DNA of 64,000 nucleotides. Source: Chryseobacterium gleum (GTDB taxonomy: Bacteria; Bacteroidota; Bacteroidia; Flavobacteriales_D; Crocinitomicaceae). The notes under the pieces were generated by a model that was not told the DNA's origin, ran no database searches, and saw only the letters and a list, made by a program, of their open reading frames with translations. Shown here one piece after another: positions 30,492-40,367 of this stretch. Where the stretch lies: NCBI GenBank assembly GCA_945862165.1, contig CAMAXI010000008.1, positions 34,570-98,569 on the forward strand, written 5' to 3'. The position numbers were made by a program, and so were the translations under genes. How positions within the stretch are numbered: position 1 is the first letter of the stretch; each line of letters begins with the position of its first letter.

Positions 30492-31610
30492 CTATCTATT
30501 TAACATTACTGGCATAACCAGCATCAGAATATCTTCATTCTCGTTGTCATTATTTGCAGGTACTAATAGTCCTGCGCGACTCGGAACACTCATTTGGATT
30601 TTAATTTCAGAAGATTCCATATTTGAAAGCATTTCCATTAAAAAACGCGCATTGAAACCAATCTCCATATCATCGCCATCAAAAGAGCATGTTAATCGTT
30701 CTTTTGATTCATTATTAAAATCTAAATCTTCTGCAGAAATGGATAATTCAGAACCAGCTATGTGTAATTTGATTTGATGTGTAGATTTGTTTGCGAAAAT
30801 AGATACACGCTTGATTGAACTTAAAAATTGCGCTCTATCCACTGTTAAAACATTTGGATTTTCTTTTGGAATAACAGCTTCGTAATTAGGATATTTCCCA
30901 TCTACTAAACGACACATCAAAATAATATCTCCAAAGGTAAATATAGCATTTGAATCGTTAAATTCTACTAATACTTCCCCTTCATTCCCTACGTTTGCTT
31001 TTAATAAGTTTAACGGTTTTTTAGGTAGTATAAATGCTGCACTTGATGTTGTAACGATATCTGTACGTTTGTATCTTACTAATTTATGTGCATCTGTAGC
31101 GACAAATAAAATCTCTGCAGGTGAAAATTGACAATATACACCACTCATCACTGGACGAAGTTCATCATTACCAGTTGCAAAAATTGTTTTGTTTATTGCT
31201 TTAGAAATAATTTCAGCAGATAATTTTACTTGACTCCCTCCTTCCATCGCAGGGGATTTTGGATAATCCTCTCCATTATAGCCAACCATTTTAGATTTAC
31301 CGTTATCGTAGGAAATTTCAATGCCAAAATTGGACTTATCAATTAAAAAAGTACAAGGTTGATCTGGTAGATTTTTTAAAATATCTAACAAGATTTTAGC
31401 TGGAATACATATTTTACCGGATTCTGTAGCTTGCACTTCCAAGGTAGTTTTCATGGTTGTCTCCACATCGGAAGCTGACACTACTAACTGATTATCTTGA
31501 ATTTCGAATAAAAAATTATCTAAAATTGGAAGTGAATTATTCGTAGTTAATACTCCACTGATGCTTTGTAAGTGTTTTAAAAGTACGTTACTTGATACAA
31601 CAAAATTCAT
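30492..31610 (-). CDS. dnaN: DNA polymerase III beta sliding clamp
   Basis: MNFVVSSNVLLKHLQ..., LPILDNFLF and a three-domain length of 372 aa. C-terminal MPVMLN. Confidence 0.9.
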   Translation of the reverse strand: MNFVVSSNVLLKHLQSISGVLTTNNSLPILDNFLFEIQDNQLVVSASDVETTMKTTLEVQATESGKICIPAKILLDILKNLPDQPCTFLIDKSNFGIEISYDNGKSKMVGYNGEDYPKSPAMEGGSQVKLSAEIISKAINKTIFATGNDELRPVMSGVYCQFSPAEILFVATDAHKLVRYKRTDIVTTSSAAFILPKKPLNLLKANVGNEGEVLVEFNDSNAIFTFGDIILMCRLVDGKYPNYEAVIPKENPNVLTVDRAQFLSSIKRVSIFANKSTHQIKLHIAGSELSISAEDLDFNNESKERLTCSFDGDDMEIGFNARFLMEMLSNMESSEIKIQMSVPSRAGLLVPANNDNENEDILMLVMPVMLNR

Positions 31611-31631
31611 AGTAATATTATTTTATGTGAA

Positions 31632-31639
31632 CAAAGATA
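31632..31639 (-). promoter_or_regulatory. Bacteroidetes-type -7 promoter box (TATCTTTG) for dnaN
   Basis: Exact TAnnTTTG match on the minus strand, 22 nt upstream of the ATG at 31610. Confidence 0.5.
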
Positions 31640-31658
31640 CATTAAGTTTTTTTAAAAT

Positions 31659-32675
31659 CTATTCTGGTTTAGTTGCAAAATAAATATGGCCCATTATCAA
31701 TGGATTAAAAACAAAATATTGACATTTTACTAATTCCCCAGATGGCAACTCACACCAGAAACGATCTGGATTATACGAAACAGAATCTCCAAAATCATTC
31801 ATCGATTTTTCTGACGCAGGCATTCGATACATTTTAAGATTTGTACTTTTACCATTCACTTCTTTCGTACTTATTTTACCAAATGGTTTAGTACGTTTTA
31901 AACTATCTACTTGTTTTGCATTCAACTCAAAATTTGCCAATTCAAAATGTACTTTTTGATAATTTGTTAAATATTGAATGGCCATTGAGGTGTCCAATTT
32001 TGCCAAACGTTTACCATTTTGTTTAACCGTATAATGTGCTTTATTTTTAGATACAGAAAAACTTCTGGAAGGAGTGTCATAAAATTTCACATTAACTTCC
32101 GAAATTTCATCTAAACTTAAATTAAAAATATTCGTACATACCCATTTACGTTTATCCGCAAAAAATCTTGGGTCAATGATACCTGCAAGTCCTTTCACTT
32201 TCATAATTACTGGTAAATCACTTTTTTCATCCGGAGTTTCAAGCAACATATATGTACCATAGTGATCTTGCGTAGAAAAGCCTACAAACCAAGTTTTAGT
32301 CCATTCTCCATTTTGAAAAATCTCTACTTTTGTATGAGAGGCTGTCATTAATTTAACAATATTTTGACGAGATTTTTCTGGGACATACCCTTTAAACTGT
32401 ATATTTTTAAACGTTTCCATCAGGATATAAATCGGTTCTTGTGTAACACAGTTACCTTCTTCATCCGTCCAATTACTTGTGTTTTTCACCAAAGTAATTT
32501 TCATGCCATTTGGTTCAGTAATTATTATTTTATTTATCGAAGTAGTATCTTTAATAGAAAACTCTAAAAGCTCGGTATCTGACTTACCTCTATTTCGAAC
32601 AAGATTTGTCGCGAAAAAACCAAGTACTCCAATAATAATTAAACCAATAACTAAACCAATATTTTTATTTCTCAT
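31659..32675 (-). CDS. DUF4340-like protein that commonly follows gldG
   Basis: N-terminal TM anchor, 338 aa. Overlaps the gldG stop by 11 nt. The family call rests on position and general resemblance only. Confidence 0.5.
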   Translation of the reverse strand: MRNKNIGLVIGLIIIGVLGFFATNLVRNRGKSDTELLEFSIKDTTSINKIIITEPNGMKITLVKNTSNWTDEEGNCVTQEPIYILMETFKNIQFKGYVPEKSRQNIVKLMTASHTKVEIFQNGEWTKTWFVGFSTQDHYGTYMLLETPDEKSDLPVIMKVKGLAGIIDPRFFADKRKWVCTNIFNLSLDEISEVNVKFYDTPSRSFSVSKNKAHYTVKQNGKRLAKLDTSMAIQYLTNYQKVHFELANFELNAKQVDSLKRTKPFGKISTKEVNGKSTNLKMYRMPASEKSMNDFGDSVSYNPDRFWCELPSGELVKCQYFVFNPLIMGHIYFATKPE

Positions 32676-34455
32676 TTCTAATATATTTTCGTTTACGAAT
32701 AAAATAAACTAACGAAGCAAAAGTAAGCACGATAATACTTGGAAAAAACATGTTGACAAATTTATAATATCCAGCTTCTAATTTTACTTTCTCCTTATCA
32801 ATAGCATGAATATCAATTTGTTTACTTCTTAAATCCAAAACTGAATTGTCCCCCATCATGTAATCCACAACATTTTGAAAAAACTCTTGATTTCCATAAA
32901 TCAAAGGCTGCATATTAAGACTTGCCATTGTTTCATCCATTTTCAGTTCATTAAACGAACGTGCCTTATAGAGATATCCGCCTGATTTATTTGGAATTGA
33001 ATCGTATTTATTTTCAATAAAACGTCCATTCGCAACAACCAAAACCTTTCCTTCTTTAACGCTTTTTTCTTTAAACCCCGATTCTGGATTATTCGCAAAT
33101 GCACCGATAATTCTATTTTTAAAATGCGAATCAAAATACCCTTCTACTAAACCAGCTAAACAAATTTTATTAACCTCATCCGTAGGATCGGCAACAAATT
33201 GTGGATTATTCCAAGCATCTTTATGCATCACGACACTAATTATTGGGGCTAACCCAGTCACAAGTGCATTGGACGAAGAAGTTAAAATAGGACTTTTTAC
33301 CGTTTTTCCATTTCCGACAAATTGGATTTGAGAGCCATATTTTAACAATACTGGTTCAATATTTCTAGAAATCGGATGCGAAGTCGAGGTAGAACGAATT
33401 GCAAAAAACCAAGGGATTAATTGTTGTTTTGCAGTTGGAATATGTTTGGGAGCACATTCTTTATCAAACACTAAATTATCATTAATTTTTATTCCGTAAT
33501 CAAACAACATACGGTCTAATTCAAGCGTATAGCGCATGGTGTGCGTATAACCATTTCGGTTCAATGAATCTTCAGGCACATACAATTTGTCCACAAAACA
33601 CATTAAACGACCACCTTTCATTAAAAATTGATCAATAATATATTTATCCTTTTCTGAAAAAGGTTGTGTAGGTCTTGCAATTACTAATCCATCGACTCCC
33701 TTTAGCGCTTCAATAGAATCTTTTAATGTAACATCTTCAACAGTATAATACGGCGATACTAATGTCCTAACGCGTTGTGTTTGTGCATACGACAATTCAC
33801 CATGTCCTTGCAGAAAAGCTAATCTAGGTTTTGCAGTTTGTGTAGCGCGTCGAATTGAGCTCAATAACATATATTCCAAATTATTAATGGAATTTTGAAT
33901 TTGAGATTCTAGTTTAGGGTTTAAGGTATAATACTGTCCTTGAGGTGTTCCTGGCATAAGTTGAATATGACTTATGGTACTACCACCATATTCGATTTCA
34001 GCACCTGGCCAAAGTAACATTTGGTTATTTGTACCATCTTTCATATACATCAATTCCATAGGCATTATCCCTTTTCCTCGATTATACAAAATTTCATAGA
34101 GTGATCGACGATCTTCTTCGGTACCTTCCATCGGATCGACAAACTCATATTCTAAACGATTACCAGCATGTTGCTTGAATTCTTTTAATTTATCTTCAAT
34201 TGCATTTTTATAGCGTTTTAATTCCGCTGGTAAATTGCCATCTAAATAAATTTTCAACAATAATCTATCCGAGAAATTATTTTCATTGGATAGGTATTCA
34301 ATTGTTCCTTTAGATAAGGAATAACGTTTATCTTCGGTTGCATCGTATCGGAAATAAACGATACCAGCAATCACATTGATTAATATAATTGAAGTTACAA
34401 TTATGGTTAAGAATGTCCAATTATAAACAAAACTTTTGGCTTTTTTTTCAGACAT
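32665..34455 (-). CDS. gldG: Gliding-motility-associated ABC transporter substrate-binding/auxiliary protein GldG
   Basis: N- and C-terminal TM anchors. RYDATEDKRYSLS start motif. Lies immediately downstream of gldF. Confidence 0.8.
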   Translation of the reverse strand: MSEKKAKSFVYNWTFLTIIVTSIILINVIAGIVYFRYDATEDKRYSLSKGTIEYLSNENNFSDRLLLKIYLDGNLPAELKRYKNAIEDKLKEFKQHAGNRLEYEFVDPMEGTEEDRRSLYEILYNRGKGIMPMELMYMKDGTNNQMLLWPGAEIEYGGSTISHIQLMPGTPQGQYYTLNPKLESQIQNSINNLEYMLLSSIRRATQTAKPRLAFLQGHGELSYAQTQRVRTLVSPYYTVEDVTLKDSIEALKGVDGLVIARPTQPFSEKDKYIIDQFLMKGGRLMCFVDKLYVPEDSLNRNGYTHTMRYTLELDRMLFDYGIKINDNLVFDKECAPKHIPTAKQQLIPWFFAIRSTSTSHPISRNIEPVLLKYGSQIQFVGNGKTVKSPILTSSSNALVTGLAPIISVVMHKDAWNNPQFVADPTDEVNKICLAGLVEGYFDSHFKNRIIGAFANNPESGFKEKSVKEGKVLVVANGRFIENKYDSIPNKSGGYLYKARSFNELKMDETMASLNMQPLIYGNQEFFQNVVDYMMGDNSVLDLRSKQIDIHAIDKEKVKLEAGYYKFVNMFFPSIIVLTFASLVYFIRKRKYIRNEK

Positions 34456-34460
34456 TTTGT

Positions 34461-35192
34461 TTACTTTTTTAAGGATTTAATAATGGTCAAGGAACTTGCA
34501 ATAAACAAAAAGATCAAGCTTAAAAAATAAATAATGTCACTTGAATCAATAACTCCTCGTTGAATGGAATCATAATGATAACTCATTCCAAAATACTTAA
34601 TAATGAAATCAAAGTCTCCCATCAAGTTGAATGAACCTAAAAGGGTTAGTCCATTATAAAATACCCAACACAAGAACATGGATAGTATAAAAGCAACAAT
34701 TTGGCTACTCGTTAATGACGAAGAAAAAATTCCAATTGCAACAAAAGAAGCTCCAAGTAAAAGCAAACCTAGATAGGATGTAATAGTTGCTCCATCGTCG
34801 ATAACTCCAATTGGATTACCTAAAAAATGCATCGAGATATAAAAAACGCCTGTTGGAATTAACGCTATTGCTACTAATGTAACTCCTGCAAAATACTTTG
34901 CAAGCAATACATTTAAATCCGAAATTGGTCGTGTAAATAGTAATTCTATCGTACCATTTTTTCTCTCTTCCGCAATGGATCGCATTGTAATTGCAGGAAT
35001 TAAGATTAAAAAAATAGTAGGTGATAAGTTGAAAAAAGGAATTAAATCTGATTCTGATCCCTCTAACAAATTCGTATCGTAGGAAATTACCCAATGAAAC
35101 AACCCCGAAGTGATTAAAAATATTAAAATAAAAACATACCCTATTACAGAGCTTAAAAAACTTCGTATTTCTTTAAAATAGAGTGCTTTCAT
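34461..35192 (-). CDS. gldF: Gliding-motility-associated ABC transporter permease GldF
   Basis: ABC-2 type permease, 243 aa. MKALYFKEIRSFLSS start typical of GldF. Paired with gldG. Confidence 0.8.
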   Translation of the reverse strand: MKALYFKEIRSFLSSVIGYVFILIFLITSGLFHWVISYDTNLLEGSESDLIPFFNLSPTIFLILIPAITMRSIAEERKNGTIELLFTRPISDLNVLLAKYFAGVTLVAIALIPTGVFYISMHFLGNPIGVIDDGATITSYLGLLLLGASFVAIGIFSSSLTSSQIVAFILSMFLCWVFYNGLTLLGSFNLMGDFDFIIKYFGMSYHYDSIQRGVIDSSDIIYFLSLIFLFIASSLTIIKSLKK

Positions 35193-35195
35193 AAT

Positions 35196-35729
35196 TTAAA
35201 ATGATCTAATTGCTCGTACTCGAATACCCTTATTCGCTTTATTAGAATTGTTTCCTTTTTCACCCGAGGCAAAATCTACTTTCCATGCTCCTAATGAATA
35301 ATTCTGGGTAGAACTCCAATATTCACTTGCGCTAAATCCACCGAGTGATTGGGAATATAATTCACGGTGTATTAATAAAAGTTCTTCCACAGAAGGTAGA
35401 TACCAATCATCATATGAATCTATAACTAAATCGTCACATGCTTTAGCTGCATAAGGTAAAATCGAAGTACAACCTCCAACAATATCTTTTGTGTTTTGTT
35501 TTCCAGTTCCTACTTTTTCACCATCAGCACCATTAATAAGTGTTCCATAACACCCCCATTCCATAGGCTTTAAATCTTTCGGTGCAGCACAATAACCATG
35601 ACCAAACATATTTATTTTAAATACATAGCCACCCTTATACATACTTCCGATTTTATGTTTAGATTTTGCACAACTAAACACTAGAAATGCGGTAATAATC
35701 ATTAAAAATAGACGCTTAAATATTTGCAT
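35196..35729 (-). CDS. DUF1566 (Lcl C-terminal, lectin-like) domain lipoprotein
   Basis: Lipobox LVFSC. WYLPSVEELLLI, EYWSST and a C-terminal VRAIRSF pattern. Confidence 0.65.
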   Translation of the reverse strand: MQIFKRLFLMIITAFLVFSCAKSKHKIGSMYKGGYVFKINMFGHGYCAAPKDLKPMEWGCYGTLINGADGEKVGTGKQNTKDIVGGCTSILPYAAKACDDLVIDSYDDWYLPSVEELLLIHRELYSQSLGGFSASEYWSSTQNYSLGAWKVDFASGEKGNNSNKANKGIRVRAIRSF

Positions 35730-35750
35730 TTTTTTAAAATTTTTTAAATT

Positions 35751-36404
35751 CTAATTTCTTACACAACGTAAAGATAAACCAGTTTGTTTTATTTCATCAT
35801 CTCGATAAACATTCGAATTATCCTTAAAAATAGCTCTGTTCCATGCTGTATTTGAAACATTTTGAGTGGAAGACCACCAAACTGCAATCTCTCCAAATTC
35901 ACAAAAATGTCCATCAAATCCAATGTAACCATTTAATAAGGCGTTAAAATTACTTTTTAAATATCGCTTATCACGAAATAAAGGTAATTTAAATTGTTGT
36001 TTTTTTAAATTTTCACCTGCAAAATTAGAGCCACCTAGGTAATTTATCAAATTAGACCATTCAACATCTGTTGGTATATGCCAATTTATTGGACAAACAT
36101 TACGTTTATCCCCAATAACATACCAATTATATAACTTTCCAGTCATATTACTTCGATATTGACGTGGAAAATCGACGTATGCTGCAGTATTTAGACCTTC
36201 CCACAATGTATCTTGTGTGAAAAAATCGATAGGATCACCATTGTTAAATTTGGTCACATTCAAATTAGAAGACATCCACTCTTTTTTTCCAATTAGTACC
36301 GTTTTGTACCTATTACCATCAATATCATAAACTCCTCTACCGTAAACCTGCCCAAGTAAAATAGACACAGCCATCAAATGAGTAATCAATACGATATATT
36401 TCAT
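35751..36404 (-). CDS. FISUMP (Fibrobacter succinogenes major paralogous) domain protein
   Basis: KEWMSSNLNV, GKLYNWY, CPINWHIPTDVEWSNLINYLGG, WWSST and a C-terminal SLRCVRN. Confidence 0.7.
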   Translation of the reverse strand: MKYIVLITHLMAVSILLGQVYGRGVYDIDGNRYKTVLIGKKEWMSSNLNVTKFNNGDPIDFFTQDTLWEGLNTAAYVDFPRQYRSNMTGKLYNWYVIGDKRNVCPINWHIPTDVEWSNLINYLGGSNFAGENLKKQQFKLPLFRDKRYLKSNFNALLNGYIGFDGHFCEFGEIAVWWSSTQNVSNTAWNRAIFKDNSNVYRDDEIKQTGLSLRCVRN

Positions 36405-36413
36405 CCTTTTAAT

Positions 36414-37100
36414 TTATGGCGTTGAAAGCGATACTGGAATAATTTTGCCATTAATCCATTTCCACTGATTTAAAGTGAAATCAGAAATATACTCCGCCAT
36501 TTCCAACGAACTAACTGGCGCTTCGTAACCAGGAAAAGCTTTAGCTAACATTTCCGTTTGTACAGCGCCCAAACACAAGCAATTGAATTTTAATTTAGTA
36601 TCTTTAAATTCCTCTGCTAGCATTTCTGTCAAATTAGTTAATGCAGCTTTCGAAGAAGAATATGTTGATAATCCTGGAAATTTAACAGATCCTTGAAAAG
36701 CTCCCATCGAACTTATATTTACAACATGACCACCATTATCAAGCATTTTTGGCAAAATGGTTTGTAAAGAGGTCATAACACCTAAAACATTGACTTTATA
36801 ACTTATTTCGATCTCTTCTCGGGTAAGTGATAAAAACGGCTTATTCACTAAATAACCAGCATTATTTATTAAAAAATCTATCTTGGAATAATTAGCGATG
36901 ATTTGCTGTAAGTCAGACACTAAATTATCAGAACATAAGTCAAAATTATGTACCTGAACATTCTTAAAATATTTCCACGTATTTTGTTCTTCAATAGTTC
37001 TTGCCAATGCAATTACCTGAATTAAAGAGTCTTTCGCAAACAAAGAAACCAATTCTGCTCCAATACCTTTACTTGCACCAATAATTAGAACTCTACGCAT
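36414..37100 (-). CDS. Short-chain dehydrogenase/reductase (SDR)
   Basis: IIGASKGIG cofactor motif, NNAG and YSSSK catalytic motif. Overlaps the upstream reductase gene by 8 nt. Confidence 0.85.
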   Translation of the reverse strand: MRRVLIIGASKGIGAELVSLFAKDSLIQVIALARTIEEQNTWKYFKNVQVHNFDLCSDNLVSDLQQIIANYSKIDFLINNAGYLVNKPFLSLTREEIEISYKVNVLGVMTSLQTILPKMLDNGGHVVNISSMGAFQGSVKFPGLSTYSSSKAALTNLTEMLAEEFKDTKLKFNCLCLGAVQTEMLAKAFPGYEAPVSSLEMAEYISDFTLNQWKWINGKIIPVSLSTP

Positions 37101-38172
37101 CGTAACTGATCGTAACTTTTTCAGAGGCAGGTTGCGCTTGACAAGTCAAAACATAACCATCTTCAACTTCCTGTTCTGTTAGTGAATAATTCAATTTCAT
37201 TGTCGCCTTCCCTTCGATTACTTTTGCTTTACAAGCGCAACATACACCACCTCGACAAGAATATGGAGGATCATAACCTTCCACATTTAAGGAATCCAAA
37301 ATTGAAGAAGATTTTTCATCAAATTCAAGTTCAATTTTTTCTTGATCCAAGATAATTGTCACATGACTAGTCCCTTTAAATACTTCAACCGCTTCTTTTT
37401 GTGTTTCCACAAGTAACAGTGGTGTTGTAAATAATTCGTAATGGATTTTGGTTTTGGAAACTCCAAATAAGCGTAACGTTTCTAATCCACTCTTAATCAT
37501 TTCTTCAGGGCCACACAAGAAATAAGCATCCGCCTTTAATAAATTCAAGTCTGACTTAATTAATGCACTTATAGAATCATTATTTAAACGGCTGTTTACA
37601 GCATCTTCCTTTTGTTCTTGGGTTAAAAACAACTGTGTTTTAGTATTTTTCAATGCTCTCAACTCATTCAAAAACATACTTGAATCTTCCCTTTTATTCC
37701 CGTAAAAAAGTCGCATATCACCTATTTGACCTTCCAAATGTTTTGCTATTGAAAGCATAGGTGTAACCCCACTCCCTGCTGCAAAAGCAACAATAAAAGC
37801 GTCTTTGTTATTCCATTTAAAATTTCCTTCTGGCTTGGAAACAAAAACTTCATCTCCGGCTTTCAGAAATTGATTTGCCCAGTTAGAAACTTTACCATTT
37901 GGAACTTTTTTGATAGCTACAGCTAAAGATTCATGCGGACCACTACATATTGAATACGATCGACGCACTTCATCACCATCAATTTGGACAGCTAAAGTAA
38001 TATATTGTCCAGGAGTATAACTATAATCGTTTCTTAATTCACTTGGAATATCAAATACAACTTTTACACTGTCATTCGTTACAGTTACTACTTCTTTAAC
38101 GAGAAAACTATTAAATCCCTTTGGAGATTTTAACCCCTCTTTTTTCTTGAAAATTTTATCTAAAAACCCCAT
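37093..38172 (-). CDS. PaaE-like ferredoxin-NAD(P)H reductase with C-terminal 2Fe-2S domain (copy 2)
   Basis: RRSYS FAD motif, GSGVTP NAD motif and CRGGVCCACKAK...LTCQ plant-type ferredoxin motif. Confidence 0.8.
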   Translation of the reverse strand: MGFLDKIFKKKEGLKSPKGFNSFLVKEVVTVTNDSVKVVFDIPSELRNDYSYTPGQYITLAVQIDGDEVRRSYSICSGPHESLAVAIKKVPNGKVSNWANQFLKAGDEVFVSKPEGNFKWNNKDAFIVAFAAGSGVTPMLSIAKHLEGQIGDMRLFYGNKREDSSMFLNELRALKNTKTQLFLTQEQKEDAVNSRLNNDSISALIKSDLNLLKADAYFLCGPEEMIKSGLETLRLFGVSKTKIHYELFTTPLLLVETQKEAVEVFKGTSHVTIILDQEKIELEFDEKSSSILDSLNVEGYDPPYSCRGGVCCACKAKVIEGKATMKLNYSLTEQEVEDGYVLTCQAQPASEKVTISYDA

Positions 38173-38174
38173 AT

Positions 38175-39239
38175 TTATTCATCAAATGAAACTATTAATT
38201 TTTCGGATGTTGGATGCGACTGACATGTAAGTATGTATCCAGCCTCCACCTCATCTGCTTCTAATGCGTAATTCACATCCATTCTTACTGTACCTTCTAC
38301 TATTTTCGCCTTGCAAGTACAACAAACGCCACCTTTACATGCAAAAGGTAAATCAGCCCCAGCGTTCAGCGCAGCATCCAAGATATTTATATCGTTAGAT
38401 TTCAAAGGAATTTCCAACACATCTCCATCTACTATTACTGTAACTAAAGCACTAATATTTTCTTCTTGATTTACTTCGTTTGATTTAATCGGAGAGTCTC
38501 CGGATGTAAACAACTCAAAATGAATTGACTTTTCATTAAATCCTTTCGCTACAAACGTATCTCGCACTGCAAAAATCATGTCTTTAGGACCACAAATAAA
38601 AACATCATCTACCGAATCAACAGTTACAAATGCATCGATTAAATCGCTACATTTATTACTATCTATCCTTCCTTTTTGGATCGTATTTCCTAAACTTTCT
38701 CGCGACAAGACATGTGTCACGCGTAAACGATCCATGTATCTATTTTTTAAAGCTTCGATTTCTTCTCTAAAAATGATCGATCCAAATCCTTTATTTCCAT
38801 AAAAGAAAGTTATAGTAGCAGATGTTGATTCTGCAAGAACAGACTTAATCATTGATAAAACAGGTGTAACACCACTACCAACTGCAAAAAAAACAAAATT
38901 CTTGTTCTCGATTACTTGTGGTAAAATAAAAGTCCCCATTGGATTCATTACCTCTAACAAATCCCCTTTTTTAAGTTTGTTATTAGCAAAATTGGAAAAT
39001 TTACCTGTCTCTATCGCTTTAATTGCAACCTTCCAACTATCTTCATGTGGTGCAGAGCATAAGGAGTAAGAACGTCTAACTTCCTCTCCGTTAATTAATG
39101 CTTTGAGTGTTAAATATTGTCCTGACTTATACGAAAAAGAGGATTTAAGTTCTGCTGGCACCTCAAAAGAAACGGATACAGCATCGTTTGTCTCTTTTAC
39201 AATGTCTTTAATTATTAATGGATGAAAACTTGGCTTCAT
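38175..39239 (-). CDS. PaaE-like ferredoxin-NAD(P)H reductase with C-terminal 2Fe-2S domain (copy 1)
   Basis: RRSYS, GSGVTP and CKGGVCCTCKAK...LTCQ. Divergent from paaA. Confidence 0.8.
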   Translation of the reverse strand: MKPSFHPLIIKDIVKETNDAVSVSFEVPAELKSSFSYKSGQYLTLKALINGEEVRRSYSLCSAPHEDSWKVAIKAIETGKFSNFANNKLKKGDLLEVMNPMGTFILPQVIENKNFVFFAVGSGVTPVLSMIKSVLAESTSATITFFYGNKGFGSIIFREEIEALKNRYMDRLRVTHVLSRESLGNTIQKGRIDSNKCSDLIDAFVTVDSVDDVFICGPKDMIFAVRDTFVAKGFNEKSIHFELFTSGDSPIKSNEVNQEENISALVTVIVDGDVLEIPLKSNDINILDAALNAGADLPFACKGGVCCTCKAKIVEGTVRMDVNYALEADEVEAGYILTCQSHPTSEKLIVSFDE

Positions 39240-39380
39240 ATTCTATTTTTACGTTTTCAAAATTACTAAAAAGTTGAGTATAATTTTAAAATAAATATCC
39301 ACACAATTTACACAAGTAAAAGATTGTGATGTATTTTAATTTATTCTATCATTTTGATTCTATTTTCGTTCTATTTTATG

Positions 39381-39388
39381 TAAATTTG
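39381..39388 (+). promoter_or_regulatory. Bacteroidetes-type -7 promoter box (TAAATTTG) for paaABCD
   Basis: Exact TAnnTTTG match 19 nt upstream of the ATG at 39407. It lies inside the longer track ORF, which argues for the shorter start. Confidence 0.5.
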
Positions 39389-39406
39389 TTTACTAAACTT
39401 TTCCAT

Positions 39407-40357
39407 ATGAGCACTAAAAATATCGAGGAATTAGAACGAGAATTTCAAGCAAAAATTGATGCTGACATCAAAATTGAGCCAAACGACTGGATGCCTGAAG
39501 GATATCGTAAAACATTAATGAGACAGATTTCACAACATGCGCATTCTGAAATCGTTGGTATGTTACCTGAAGGAAATTGGATTACAAGAGCTCCAAGTTT
39601 GAAGCGTAAAGCTGTGTTATTAGCAAAAGTGCAAGATGAAGCTGGTCATGGTTTATACTTGTATTCAGCAGCGGAAACTTTGGGTTTAGATAGAGAAGCA
39701 AGTATTGATGATTTACATAGTGGTAAGGCTAAATATTCTTCCATATTCAATTACCCTACCTTATCTTGGGCTGATATGGGCACAATTGGCTGGTTGGTCG
39801 ACGGAGCTGCAATTATGAATCAAGTTCCTTTGTGTAGGTGTTCTTACGGACCTTATGCACGTGCAATGGTTCGTGTTTGCAAAGAAGAATCTTTTCACCA
39901 ACGACAAGGATTTGAAATTGTAAGTTTGTTAGCAAACGGAACACCGGAACAAAAACAGATGGCACAGGATTCCTTAAACCGTTTTTGGTGGCCAGCATTA
40001 ATGATGTTTGGACCTAACGATGACAACTCGCCTAACTCGGCACAATCTATAAAATGGAAAATCAAACGTTCGTCCAACGATGAACTACGTCAACAATTTA
40101 TTGATGTAACAGTTCCTCAAGCAGCAATGGTTGGATTGACTATTCCAGATAAAGATTTGAAATGGAATGAAGAACGAGGAAGATATGACTTTGGAGCTAT
40201 TAATTGGGAAGAATTCAATCAAGTAGTTCAAGGGAATGGACCTTGTAACAAAGAACGTATTGACGCACGTCGCAACGCTAAAGAAAATGGGGCTTGGGTA
40301 AGAGAAGCTGCGAATGCATTTGCGGAAAAAAGAAATAAAAAAGAATTGACACATTAA
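39407..40357 (+). CDS. paaA: 1,2-phenylacetyl-CoA epoxidase subunit A
   Basis: Di-iron oxygenase motifs ([24 protein letters not shown]). The start [13 protein letters not shown] is chosen over the hydrophobic 27-aa extension in the track. Confidence 0.9.
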   Translation: MSTKNIEELEREFQAKIDADIKIEPNDWMPEGYRKTLMRQISQHAHSEIVGMLPEGNWITRAPSLKRKAVLLAKVQDEAGHGLYLYSAAETLGLDREASIDDLHSGKAKYSSIFNYPTLSWADMGTIGWLVDGAAIMNQVPLCRCSYGPYARAMVRVCKEESFHQRQGFEIVSLLANGTPEQKQMAQDSLNRFWWPALMMFGPNDDNSPNSAQSIKWKIKRSSNDELRQQFIDVTVPQAAMVGLTIPDKDLKWNEERGRYDFGAINWEEFNQVVQGNGPCNKERIDARRNAKENGAWVREAANAFAEKRNKKELTH

Positions 40358-40367
40358 TAAAAAGATT

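Noticed and set aside
39355-39360. TGATTC half-site resembling the E. coli PaaX operator (TGATTC-N27-GAATCA) in the paa control region.
   Set aside because: No GAATCA partner lies at or near the required spacing, and no PaaX-like gene is in the window.
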